A stretch of 64,000 bases of DNA from an uncultured Gammaproteobacteria bacterium (GCA_964355175.1 CAYHBZ010000002.1:332537-396536), one strand, 5' to 3'. Shown: positions 56,329-64,000, counted from the stretch's first letter. Numbers and translations are program-made. Notes: generated from the sequence alone by a model not told the origin.

Positions 56329-59190
56329 ATGTTATCTATCTCTTGGTTTAAAGACCTAACAATCAAAGCTGAGGACCTGGTAGGTAGTAAAAATGCTTTA
56401 CTAGGCGAGCTTTCAGCAAAATTATCAGACAAAGGAATTCAAATTCCTTCTGGTTTTGTTTTAAATTCCGAAATGGTTCAGGAGTTTTGGAAAAATAATG
56501 ATTTGAATAAAAAAATTAAAGAAAATCTAAAAAATTTAGATACCCAGGATTTGGCCGCTGTCGCCAAAGTTTCAGCCAAGGTGCAAAAAATGGTAATGCT
56601 GAATTCTTGGCCCAAAGAAATAGAACAAGAAATCAAAAAAGCGATAAAAAAATTGGGCAAGAATTCCGTTTCCATCACTTCGGCAATGGTAGATAAAAAT
56701 TTAGTTGATATTAATCTTCACAAACAAGAGGTTGTATTTTCAAATATTCGTGGAGAAAAAGATATATTATTATATTTTAAAAAGTGTTTTTCCGCCCTGT
56801 ATTCCGTGGCCGCTGTGGTAGAGCGTGAAAGCAAAGGTATTGATCATCTCAGCGTTGGTGTGGCCTTGGCGGTGCAGGAAATGCCGGCCACTATTGCTGT
56901 AGTAGGCAAGGTGCGTACGGATGATAGGGAGTCCGGTTTCAAAGGAGTGATTTCTATTAGTGCGGCCGACAGCATATCTCGTTTATCAGCCGCAGACCAA
57001 TTTTGTGTTTTTAAGGCCGGTATCAAAGCTGGTTTTAAATCTATCATCAGCCGTCAGCTTGGGGCTAAAGCTAAAAATATTTCTCAACAATTTTATATCA
57101 GCGATGATCAGGTGATAAAGCTCAGCAAAATCGCTATCGAGATTGAAGATTTTGTTCGTAGCACCGTGGCTATTAGTTGGACGATTGATAATAAAGAAAA
57201 TATTTATATTACCGAGGTGGTGGTAAACTCTGCAAAACTATCAGCCTCAGCCGGGATAATTGAAAATTACAGTTTGCAAAAACACGGTGAGGTATTGGTA
57301 CAAGGTGTGAGTGTTGGTCAAAAAATCGCTCAAGGCAAAGTGCGTATCGTAAATTCGGCCAAAGAAATGAGTGAATTTAAAGCTGGTGAAGTGTTGGTAA
57401 CCAAAATGACCGATGTCGATTGGGATGGTGTGATGCGTCTGGCTAGTGCGGTGATTACCGAGGGTGGTGGCAAAAATTCTCACGCCGCTATTCGCGCTCG
57501 TGAAATTGGTATTCCGTGTATTGTGGGGGCCGATAAAGCGTTAAAAATTTTAAAAAATAATCAGGAAGTGACCGTATCGTCCAATGTAGGTGAAGCTGGG
57601 TCGGTATACAGAGGCCGTCTGCCTTTTAGCGTGGAGCGCTCGGAGATAAAATCTATTCCGTCTACCCGCACCAAGATGCTTATCAATATGGCCAATCCGG
57701 ATAGCGCTTTCTCACTGAGCAATATTCCTACCGACGGCGTGGGTCTGGCGCGTGAAGAATTTATTTTTACCAATTTTGTCAAAATTCATCCGCTGGCTTT
57801 AGTAAATTACAAAGATATTAAAGATAAAAAAGTAAAAGCTAAAATTGATGAGTTGACTGTCGGTTATAAAGATAAAAAACAATACGGTATTGATAAGCTG
57901 GCCGAAGGTCTGGCGTTTTTGGCTACGGCTTTTTATCCGCACAGTGTGCAGGTGAGACTGTCGGATTTCAAAAGTAATGAATACGCATCGCTCATCGGTG
58001 GCACTCAATTTGAACCAAAAGAAGATGTGCCTTCCATGGGCTGGCGTGGGGCTAGTCGTTATTATGATCCAAAATATAAATCTGCTTTTGAATTGGAATG
58101 TGCCGCTATCAAAAAAGCGCGTGAAATTTGGGGACTAAAAAATATTATCATTACCGTACCATTTTGTCGCACGGTAGATGAAGGTAAAAAGGTGCTAGAA
58201 ACCATGAAAGAATTTGGCCTGGAGCAAGGTAAGCAGGATCTGAAAGTATATGTAATGTGCGAATTGCCGGCCAATGTAATTTTGGCCAAAGAATTTGCGC
58301 AGATTTTTGATGGTTTTAGTATTGGCAGTAACGATCTCACTCAATTTACTCTAGGCGTGGACAGAGATTCATCGCTGATGAGTAGTGTTTATGATGAAAA
58401 TAATTTGGCCGTAAAAAAATTAATTCGCCAATTGATTGAAACAGCGCATGAGTACAAACGACCGGTTAGTATTTGTGGAGAAGCCGTCAATGACAGCGCT
58501 GAGTTCGTAGAATTTTTGGTGCAAGAGGGAATAGACGGTATTTCTTTTAATAGTGATTCGGTAATGAAGATGCGTAATCGCGTTGCCAGTACCGAAAAAA
58601 AGGTAGGTAACTGGCGTGGACATACCCAGCAATTTGCTTTGGCCGCCAAGTCATTTTTGATAATTGGTGTGGTGGGCATGAGCTCAATTCTCGGCGGATA
58701 TGGCTGTCAGACAATAAATAATCAGACCGTGACCGATAATTTAAAAGTGCAAATGCAACAGCAAGTGCTGGAAATGAAAGCTCAATTGCGCCAAGAAATC
58801 ACTTCCGAAATAATTAAAAAAACACCGCCGCAAGTTTATAGTACCGACACTTTTGTAAAAATGAAACTTACTTATCCTGGCGGTTGGAGCACCAACGCTT
58901 GGGAAGATGGTGTGGAATTTGCCTCTGCGGACGAATCTCAATATTTCATGGTGTTTGTCCAAAAGATGGGTCATCCCGTACCGGCAGAAAAAATTTCCAC
59001 CACTACTTGGAATAATTATCCAGCCAAGCGTCTACAGGACGGTAGTCAAAAAGATGGTACGCCGTATGAGGTGCTCGAAGTATATGTCAAAGGCTACAAA
59101 CAAACCGAAAATATTGTTGAGCTACGCGGCGACCCCAAAACCTTTGAAGATAATTTGAAAAAAGTGGAACAATTTGAGATAAAGAAATAA
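56329..59190 (+). CDS. PEP-synthase / pyruvate-phosphate-dikinase-like enzyme with a C-terminal TM helix and ~230-aa extension
   Basis: Phospho-His mobile domain GGKNSHAAIRAREIGIPCIVGA. PEP-utilizers C-domain FSIGSNDLTQFTLGVDRD. After residue ~770 comes a hydrophobic helix (FLIIGVVGMSSILGG) and an extra domain with no motif I recognise. Confidence 0.75.
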   Translation: MLSISWFKDLTIKAEDLVGSKNALLGELSAKLSDKGIQIPSGFVLNSEMVQEFWKNNDLNKKIKENLKNLDTQDLAAVAKVSAKVQKMVMLNSWPKEIEQEIKKAIKKLGKNSVSITSAMVDKNLVDINLHKQEVVFSNIRGEKDILLYFKKCFSALYSVAAVVERESKGIDHLSVGVALAVQEMPATIAVVGKVRTDDRESGFKGVISISAADSISRLSAADQFCVFKAGIKAGFKSIISRQLGAKAKNISQQFYISDDQVIKLSKIAIEIEDFVRSTVAISWTIDNKENIYITEVVVNSAKLSASAGIIENYSLQKHGEVLVQGVSVGQKIAQGKVRIVNSAKEMSEFKAGEVLVTKMTDVDWDGVMRLASAVITEGGGKNSHAAIRAREIGIPCIVGADKALKILKNNQEVTVSSNVGEAGSVYRGRLPFSVERSEIKSIPSTRTKMLINMANPDSAFSLSNIPTDGVGLAREEFIFTNFVKIHPLALVNYKDIKDKKVKAKIDELTVGYKDKKQYGIDKLAEGLAFLATAFYPHSVQVRLSDFKSNEYASLIGGTQFEPKEDVPSMGWRGASRYYDPKYKSAFELECAAIKKAREIWGLKNIIITVPFCRTVDEGKKVLETMKEFGLEQGKQDLKVYVMCELPANVILAKEFAQIFDGFSIGSNDLTQFTLGVDRDSSLMSSVYDENNLAVKKLIRQLIETAHEYKRPVSICGEAVNDSAEFVEFLVQEGIDGISFNSDSVMKMRNRVASTEKKVGNWRGHTQQFALAAKSFLIIGVVGMSSILGGYGCQTINNQTVTDNLKVQMQQQVLEMKAQLRQEITSEIIKKTPPQVYSTDTFVKMKLTYPGGWSTNAWEDGVEFASADESQYFMVFVQKMGHPVPAEKISTTTWNNYPAKRLQDGSQKDGTPYEVLEVYVKGYKQTENIVELRGDPKTFEDNLKKVEQFEIKK

Positions 59191-59196
59191 AACAAA

Positions 59197-59224
59197 AATC
59201 CTCCAATAATTTGGGGGATTTTTT
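59197..59224 (+). terminator. rho-independent terminator
   Basis: AATCCTCCAA-TAAT-TTGGGGGATT plus T-run. Confidence 0.8.
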
Positions 59225-59318
59225 AATAGTGTAGTTCTGGCCGGCCCCCAACTACTTCAGCATTTGGACCTTGCGGTCCGTGTGCCTTTTCGTCGGGGGC
59301 CGGGTGGCAGGAACTTCT

Positions 59319-59588
59319 TCAGGCAGCGACGCTACGCATCTTGTCCGCGTGCAGGGTCTGGCTGCTAGAACGCAGCGAGCCGCTGATGTGCCGCAGGCCA
59401 GGCTTTTCGCCCAGACTCACGCAGAGCTCAGGACCCGACAGTACGCCCTTGAGCGCCAGGGTGAGTTGGTGCCCGCGTTCCATGTAGACCACGGTGAGGT
59501 GCTCGCCCCAGTCGGTGATGATCGTATGGCCACACTTGAGTTGGGGCCAGTTGTTCCGCGTGAGATCGCGGGCATTGAAGGTCGTCAT
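59319..59588 (-). CDS. orphan protein encoded in high-GC islet 4
   Basis: ~60% GC. Probable start at MTTFNARDL. The longer track ORF starts inside the promoter. TTGACA-17-TATAAG promoter at 59649-59677 on the minus strand. Confidence 0.4.
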   Translation of the reverse strand: MTTFNARDLTRNNWPQLKCGHTIITDWGEHLTVVYMERGHQLTLALKGVLSGPELCVSLGEKPGLRHISGSLRSSSQTLHADKMRSVAA

Positions 59589-59731
59589 TGTCGTGCCTTT
59601 GCTTGAGGTTGTTCTTGCCACACCATCCGGCTTTGGATGGATGTCATACTTATATACTAAAATAGCCATTTTGTCAATCTAGAAACAAAAAAATCTGTTC
59701 TTTTTAAACAGATTTATAAGTCGCTGATAAG

Positions 59732-59786
59732 CGGGTCGGACGGGACTCGAACCCGCAACTTTCCCGACTTAGTCGGGATGCTCTAA
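59732..59786 (-). other. 3' tRNA-like fragment: tRNA-Asp T-arm/acceptor plus a non-canonical anticodon arm (UCCCG-ACUAAGU-CGGGA)
   Basis: 31 nt are identical to the 3' end of the tRNA-Asp gene at 60613-60686. The anticodon arm is replaced. The fragment has no 5' acceptor or D-arm 5' half. Confidence 0.6.
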
Positions 59787-60560
59787 TCATTTTTTAGTTA
59801 GGTCTAATTTTTCGAAATAATTGGCTAGTCCTTTGCAATAATTTTCTACATCGTAAAATGGTAGTGGAAATTCGTAATCAAATAGTAGTTTTACCAAAGT
59901 ATCTGGAATAAATTTACCTTTTTTCTTTTTTGGTTCTCGTTTTAATTCCGGGTCGATTTCTTTTAATAGTGGGAAAATTTTTTTCGCGTAGTCTTCATAC
60001 CATAAGTTATCGAGTAAATCAGTATCTAAAGATTTTTTAGCACAATTAGCTATTTCTTTTATCAATCTGAGCCTGCTTGACTCAGCAAGCGCTGTCGAAT
60101 GGTTGTTGCATAAAATAGGAATAGGCAAACGACCAACTTTTTGCATACCGGATCCGGCGGGTTTAGTAGTTAAATAACCGTTCCAATGTTCGCTAACTTT
60201 ATTTCTAAAAAAATTAATTTCATAATAACTCGGTATATGTTTTTCTTTTTTTAAAACATCCCCAAGCTGATTAATTAGGCTGACTAATTGATAATAATCT
60301 AATGACACTTTAATTCCTTTGTCTTGCGATTCAATCATTTCTTGGGTAGTCATTTTAGTAGCACCAGATTTAGCATTCTTTGGCGAAGTTGTTATTGTTC
60401 GGGAATATGATATGTAAGCCACTCTTAAAATTCTTATGTGGTGTAGAACTTTACTTCCTAAAGGCATTAATTTACCGTAAGCTGGATTTCCTAAGGTAGA
60501 CTGATTTAAATCAGTAATCAACTTATCAAACGGTGATACTTTAAATGTTGGTGATTCCAT
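59787..60560 (-). CDS. hypothetical protein (257 aa) inside the repeat-flanked tRNA-Asp segment
   Basis: Its stop codon abuts the 3' tRNA fragment. No motif I recognise. ~30% GC. Confidence 0.45.
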   Translation of the reverse strand: MESPTFKVSPFDKLITDLNQSTLGNPAYGKLMPLGSKVLHHIRILRVAYISYSRTITTSPKNAKSGATKMTTQEMIESQDKGIKVSLDYYQLVSLINQLGDVLKKEKHIPSYYEINFFRNKVSEHWNGYLTTKPAGSGMQKVGRLPIPILCNNHSTALAESSRLRLIKEIANCAKKSLDTDLLDNLWYEDYAKKIFPLLKEIDPELKREPKKKKGKFIPDTLVKLLFDYEFPLPFYDVENYCKGLANYFEKLDLTKK

Positions 60561-60612
60561 ATTAAATTTAAATTAAAAAACTACCTTTCGGTAGTTTTTA
60601 TAAACCTCTCAG

Positions 60613-60686
60613 CGGGTCGGACGGGACTCGAACCCGCAACTTCTGCCGTGACAGGGCAGTGCTCTAACCAGTTGAACTACCGACCC
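60613..60686 (-). tRNA. tRNA-Asp(GUC)
   Basis: Reverse complement: GGGUCGG-UA-GUUCAACUGGUUAGAGC-A-CUGCC-CUGUCAC-GGCAG-AAGUU-GCGGGUUCGAGUCCCGU-CCGACCC-G. The T-arm and discriminator G match canonical bacterial tRNA-Asp. Confidence 0.85.
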
Positions 60687-60696
60687 GCTAAGGTGT

Positions 60697-60960
60697 CTAT
60701 ATTTTATTATAATTTTTAAAATACCAGACTATATACTTTCTATTTTTTGATTTTTTTAGTTTATTTTCCAATTTGGCTGATTCAGATCCGTTTTCACATT
60801 CAATCGTGCCTACGAGTTCCCAAGGTGAGCCTGTTCGAGTATAAATTTCCTCACCGTTGTTATGTTCTTTAAAGCGTCGTGCTATATCAATAGTTTTACC
60901 AATATAGTATTTATTGGTTTTTTTGCTAAAAAGCAAATAGACGCAATGTTTACCCTCCAT
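60697..60960 (-). CDS. GIY-YIG nuclease family protein (YhbQ/UPF0213-like)
   Basis: MEGKHCVYLLFSKKTNKYYIGKTIDIARRFKEHNNG carries the GIY..YIG..R..EH motif set. ~88 aa starting at the M that abuts the 5' tRNA-like fragment. The longer track ORF reads into that fragment. Confidence 0.7.
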   Translation of the reverse strand: MEGKHCVYLLFSKKTNKYYIGKTIDIARRFKEHNNGEEIYTRTGSPWELVGTIECENGSESAKLENKLKKSKNRKYIVWYFKNYNKI

Positions 60961-60973
60961 ATTATTATAGTAA

Positions 60974-61031
60974 CGAACCCGCAACTTTCCCGACTAAGTC
61001 GGGATGCTCTAACCAGTTGAACTACCGACCC
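60974..61031 (-). other. 5' tRNA-like fragment: tRNA-Asp acceptor/D-arm plus a non-canonical anticodon arm (UCCCG-ACUUAGU-CGGGA), truncated in the T-loop
   Basis: 26 nt are identical to the 5' part of tRNA-Asp. It shares ~43 nt with the fragment at 59732, which makes a direct repeat around the 1.2-kb segment. Confidence 0.6.
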
Positions 61032-61086
61032 AAATTTTACTTTTTACATTATAAACCAAAAAACGATTTTAGTCAATATTTTAAAG

Positions 61087-61112
61087 ATTCCTCACTTCGT
61101 TCGGAATGACAG
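61087..61112. repeat. short intergenic repeat unit (TCCTCACTTCGTTCGGAATGACAG)
   Basis: Variant of the CCCTCAYTTCRTTCGGNATGACAG motif also seen at 61842, 62970 and 10001. Confidence 0.5.
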
Positions 61113-61272
61113 CGTACAAAAAATAAAAAAGGTCCTAGAAGTGTTCGGTATAAGCAATGAGTAAAGGAGGGGGTACTCACGCTCTACCAAACACTCTCAG
61201 GACCTTTTTGAATGTTTGTATATATATTATAACAATCTCATTTTGGACTGTCAAACGTTTTCTGTGGACAAC

Positions 61273-61620
61273 TTATTTGGCCACGGTCTCTACCAACTTA
61301 TCAAATACCTTTGGGTATTTAAGAGCCAATTGAGAGAGAACTTTGCGGTCCAATTCAATGTTGGCTTTTTTCAATAAATCGATAAATTTGCTGTAAGAAA
61401 GATTGTGTTTGCGAACAGCGGCATTGAGACGAATAGTCCAGAGTTGGCGCATGGTGCGCTTCTTCTTGCGGCGGTCGTTGAAAGCGTGCTGACCAGCTTT
61501 CATCTTGGCAACTTTTGCTACCTTGATCTTGGACTTACGTCCCCATCGGTAACCTTTGGTGTGTTTCAATATACCGGCGCGGCGTTTGCGGTGCAATAGA
61601 CCGCCTTTAATTCTTGTCAT
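61273..61620 (-). CDS. rplT: 50S ribosomal protein L20
   Basis: MTRIKGG..RKRR...KGYRWGRK.. is the canonical L20 N-terminus. Confidence 0.9.
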   Translation of the reverse strand: MTRIKGGLLHRKRRAGILKHTKGYRWGRKSKIKVAKVAKMKAGQHAFNDRRKKKRTMRQLWTIRLNAAVRKHNLSYSKFIDLLKKANIELDRKVLSQLALKYPKVFDKLVETVAK

Positions 61621-61631
61621 AGTTTTTAAAA

Positions 61632-61829
61632 TTAGTTGTTAGGCAAAGTAACTTGGATCACGCGGTTCAGAGTGCTGCTCATTACCATATCGGATTTTTT
61701 GTTACGGCCTACTTTACCGTTTTCACGGGAGTTAAAATGGTTTTGACCAGCGGTGCGTTTGATAATCTTACCGTTCTTGGTAACACGAAAACGTTTCGCG
61801 GTGGCCTTATGGGTCTTCATCTTTGGCAT
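61632..61829 (-). CDS. rpmI: 50S ribosomal protein L35
   Basis: [22 protein letters not shown].. L35 signature. Confidence 0.9.
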   Translation of the reverse strand: MPKMKTHKATAKRFRVTKNGKIIKRTAGQNHFNSRENGKVGRNKKSDMVMSSTLNRVIQVTLPNN

Positions 61830-61841
61830 ATAAATGTTTTA

Positions 61842-61869
61842 GATCCCTCACATTCGTTCGGGATGACAG
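61842..61869. repeat. short intergenic repeat unit between infC and rpmI (GATCCCTCACATTCGTTCGGGATGACAG)
   Basis: Same motif family. It could double as an attenuator in the infC-rpmI-rplT operon. Confidence 0.5.
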
Positions 61870-61883
61870 ATTATAAAGGTTAA

Positions 61884-62465
61884 TTAATTTTTTACAATAA
61901 TAGCGGTAATTTTGTTGCCTTGTCTTTCGGCGGCTTGTTCGAATCTAGTGGCCACCTCGGCGTTGACTTCGGCAATGAAATTTTTCATTTGATCAAAGGC
62001 TAGACCACCTTGTTGATTTTCGCGTCCGCGGAGCACGACTTCGATTTTTACTTTGTCTCCTTCATTGAGGAATTTCAGAGTTTGAGTTTTGCGGATGTCG
62101 ATATCGTGTTTGCCGATGCGTAGTGACATGCGTACTACTTTGGTATCCACCACATGTTGGTGGGCCTTGCGAATACGCTGTTCCTTTTCTTGACTATATC
62201 GGAATTGTCCAAAGTCCATGATTTTCGCGATGGGCGGTTCGGCTTTTGGATTTATTACTACCAGATCCAATTCTTGTTCACGCGCTTTGCGAATCGCATC
62301 GGCGGTGTTCATCACACCTAGTGATGAGCCGCTTGAATCCAAGGTAAATACTTGGGGAAAAGAGATGCTCTCATTAAAGAGATAATCTTTTTTTGGATCT
62401 TCTTTTTTTCTTTTATGCGAGATACGCATTTGGTTTTTATTTATTTTTTTAGTTTGTTTTGCCAA
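61884..62465 (-). CDS. infC: translation initiation factor IF-3
   Basis: ..ELDLVVINPKAEPPIAKIMDFGQFRY.. and the C-terminal domain pattern. The true start may be a non-ATG codon inside the track ORF, as is usual for infC. Confidence 0.85.
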   Translation of the reverse strand: MAKQTKKINKNQMRISHKRKKEDPKKDYLFNESISFPQVFTLDSSGSSLGVMNTADAIRKAREQELDLVVINPKAEPPIAKIMDFGQFRYSQEKEQRIRKAHQHVVDTKVVRMSLRIGKHDIDIRKTQTLKFLNEGDKVKIEVVLRGRENQQGGLAFDQMKNFIAEVNAEVATRFEQAAERQGNKITAIIVKN

Positions 62466-62519
62466 GTCGAAGTTTTGGCATTGCTTAGTCCGTCGGCGTT
62501 AAAGCTTCGGCGAACAAAG

Positions 62520-62915
62520 TGGAGGTGGCGAGAGTTGAACTCGCGTCCAAATAATTTTGAATATACCATCTACATGCTTAGGCTGCTTATTTTTTTAAGT
62601 TGATGGATAATAAACAGACGAAATTCCAGCAACCGAGCAAGATTTACTTTCGGCTATAGTCATCTTACAGTAACTAAAGCCTACTTTCCGTGAGTGACAC
62701 CGCTTTGCGTTACGGAACCTTACGCAGGCGATGGGAAGCGGTTATTAAGCCGCAACCGGAGCAAAGCTGAAGCTAGGGCTAAAAGCGCTAGCAAGAGCAG
62801 TCTTTACTTTTGATAACAAGTTTGCACTTATTATGTGTTTCGAGGATTTACGAGGTTCAAAACGCCCTCGGCATGCGAGTGTACTCAGAAACTTTTGTCA
62901 AAGCCCAGCACCCCC
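62520..62915 (-). ncRNA. ssrA: tmRNA (ssrA), ~396 nt
   Basis: Reverse complement starts GGGGGUGCUGGGCUUUG and ends ..GGACGCGAGUUCAACUCUCGCCACCUCCA (tRNA-like T-arm plus a 7-bp acceptor pairing with the 5' end). Internal tag reading frame GCA AAC UUG ... GUU GCG GCU UAA UAA, ending ..APVAA then a double stop. Adjacent to smpB. Confidence 0.7.
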
Positions 62916-62940
62916 GACATTGAAAATTTTTAATTTTCAA

Positions 62941-63028
62941 GTGTCATCCTGAACGCAGTGAAGGATCCCTCATTTCATTCGGTATGACAATGAGTGATAA
63001 AGATTCTTCGCTTTGCTCAGAATGACAT
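62941..63028. repeat. cluster of three short intergenic repeat units between ssrA and smpB
   Basis: GTGTCATCCTGAACGCAGTGAAGGATCCC + TCATTTCATTCGGTATGACAATGAGTGATAAAG + ATTCTTCGCTTTGCTCAGAATGACAT. Mutually complementary arms. Confidence 0.55.
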
Positions 63029-63035
63029 CTGAAAA

Positions 63036-63476
63036 TTAATCTTTTAAAGATCTTTTCATTTCTCTTTCGGTGTCGCGTTTCTTGATAGTTTCTCTTTTAT
63101 CGTATTGTTTTTTACCGCGACCGACAGCGATTTCCACTTTGATAAATCGATTTTTAGTATACACTGAAAGTGGCACGATTGTCAAGCCCTTTTCGGCCAA
63201 TTTTCCTTGTAAATAGCGGATTTCTCGCTTGCGTAGGAGCAGACGACGGCTAGCGGTGGGTTCGTAGTCGGGGAGATTGCCGGCTTGAGGGTATTTGCTA
63301 ATATTGGCATTAGTGAGATACGCATCGCCATTATGGAAGGTGACATAAGTGCCTTTTAGTGACATATGTCCGGCCTTTATGGATTTAGTTTCTTGGCCAG
63401 TCAACACCAAACCAGCCTGGAATTTTTCCAGGATTTCATAATCAAATAAAGCTTTTTTGTTACTGGCTAAGGACAT
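63036..63476 (-). CDS. smpB: SsrA-binding protein
   Basis: ..ALFDYEILEKFQAGLVLTGQE.. SmpB signature. 146 aa. Confidence 0.9.
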   Translation of the reverse strand: MSLASNKKALFDYEILEKFQAGLVLTGQETKSIKAGHMSLKGTYVTFHNGDAYLTNANISKYPQAGNLPDYEPTASRRLLLRKREIRYLQGKLAEKGLTIVPLSVYTKNRFIKVEIAVGRGKKQYDKRETIKKRDTEREMKRSLKD

Positions 63477-63509
63477 ATTGCGTTTATTTTAGCATAAATA
63501 ATAGTAAAA

Positions 63510-63717
63510 ATCAACCTTTTACCCCGCCACCGCCCCGCCTGGTTTGGGGGATTTTTTGCCATTGCGAAGCTCTTGGAAACAAATTAATAAATTTTTTAGT
63601 AAAATGCCGCTGTTTGAGCGAAGCGAGTTCGGCATTTTATGTTAAGAAAAATTTGTTAATTTGTCCAAAGCGAAGCACAGGCAAAAAATCCCCCAAACCA
63701 GGCGGGGCGGGGTTGAT
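63510..63717. repeat. long GC-rich inverted repeat (~35-bp perfect arms) with nested palindromes in the ~120-nt spacer
   Basis: Arm CCCCGCCTGGTTTGGGGGATTTTTTGCC at 63533-63560 has its exact reverse complement at 63680-63707. The spacer holds AAAATGCCG..CGGCATTTT and GGAAACAAATTAA..TTAATTTGTCC palindromes. Confidence 0.6.
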
Positions 63718-63763
63718 AAAAAAAGTTGTTTTTTTTGGGTTTTTATGTTATTATCAAAATAAT

Positions 63764-64000
63764 TATGCCACTAAAATCGTTGTCGTTTAAAACACTTTCC
63801 ATTCATCCCAAATTTGCCGGTGTTATTGACCTGCTGTTTGGTGTGATATTTTTGTTATTTTTGAGAAATGTTTTTGCCGCCTGGTTTTTGGGGGCGTTAG
63901 TGTTGGCTCGTTTGTTGACTTGGGTGGTGATAGTGCGTCTTTCTTATTATCCACAATCATTAAAAAGATTTTGGCATTTGTTGGCTTTGTTAGTTTTTCA
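63764..64000 (+). CDS. hydrophobic protein, N-terminal part (3' end lies outside the window)
   Basis: The ORF starting MPLKSLSFKTLSIHPKFAGVIDLLFGVIFLLF.. stays open to the window edge. Confidence 0.3.

Noticed and set aside
59589-59669. N-terminal 27 codons (MAILVYKYDIHPK..) of the islet 4 ORF.
   Set aside because: This ATG sits inside the spacer of the predicted TTGACA-17-TATAAG promoter and is AT-rich unlike the rest of the gene. The start is more likely MTTFNARDL.

Overview
This is a low-GC (~35-40%), gene-dense window that looks like a reduced Patescibacteria/CPR-type genome. Most genes are housekeeping: mreB, GT2 and GT4 glycosyltransferases, holB, frr, glyQS, an M16 peptidase, tpiA, secA, secD and secF, mntH, folD, dnaX, cysS, ligA, a PEP-synthase-like enzyme, rplT, rpmI, infC, smpB, and a pilM / response-regulator / pilin / pilD cluster. 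I also found RNA genes the ORF track cannot show: two tRNA-Thr, tRNA-Trp, tRNA-Gln, tRNA-Asp, a ~396-nt tmRNA next to smpB, a 50-codon rpmG missing from the ORF track, and a tRNA-Tyr(GUA) interrupted in its anticodon loop by a ~190-nt group I intron. Things worth a second look: (1) four short high-GC islets (~58-60% GC), each carrying one orphan ORF driven by a near-consensus sigma70 promoter and ending in GC-rich hairpins; (2) a tRNA-Asp locus flanked by two partial tRNA-like copies that make a ~43-bp direct repeat around a 1.2-kb segment with a GIY-YIG nuclease gene and an orphan ORF; (3) two copies of a ~145-nt structured repeat whose stems differ by compensatory substitutions; (4) a family of short palindromic intergenic repeats; (5) a TraD/VirD4-like ATPase plus a stand-alone paralog of its N-terminal domain; (6) a surface-protein / DUF4430 / ECF-S-like locus that could be a cofactor-capture module; (7) unusual fusions (SecD with tandem parvulin domains, PEP synthase with a membrane-anchored C-terminal extension). 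I saw no CRISPR array.
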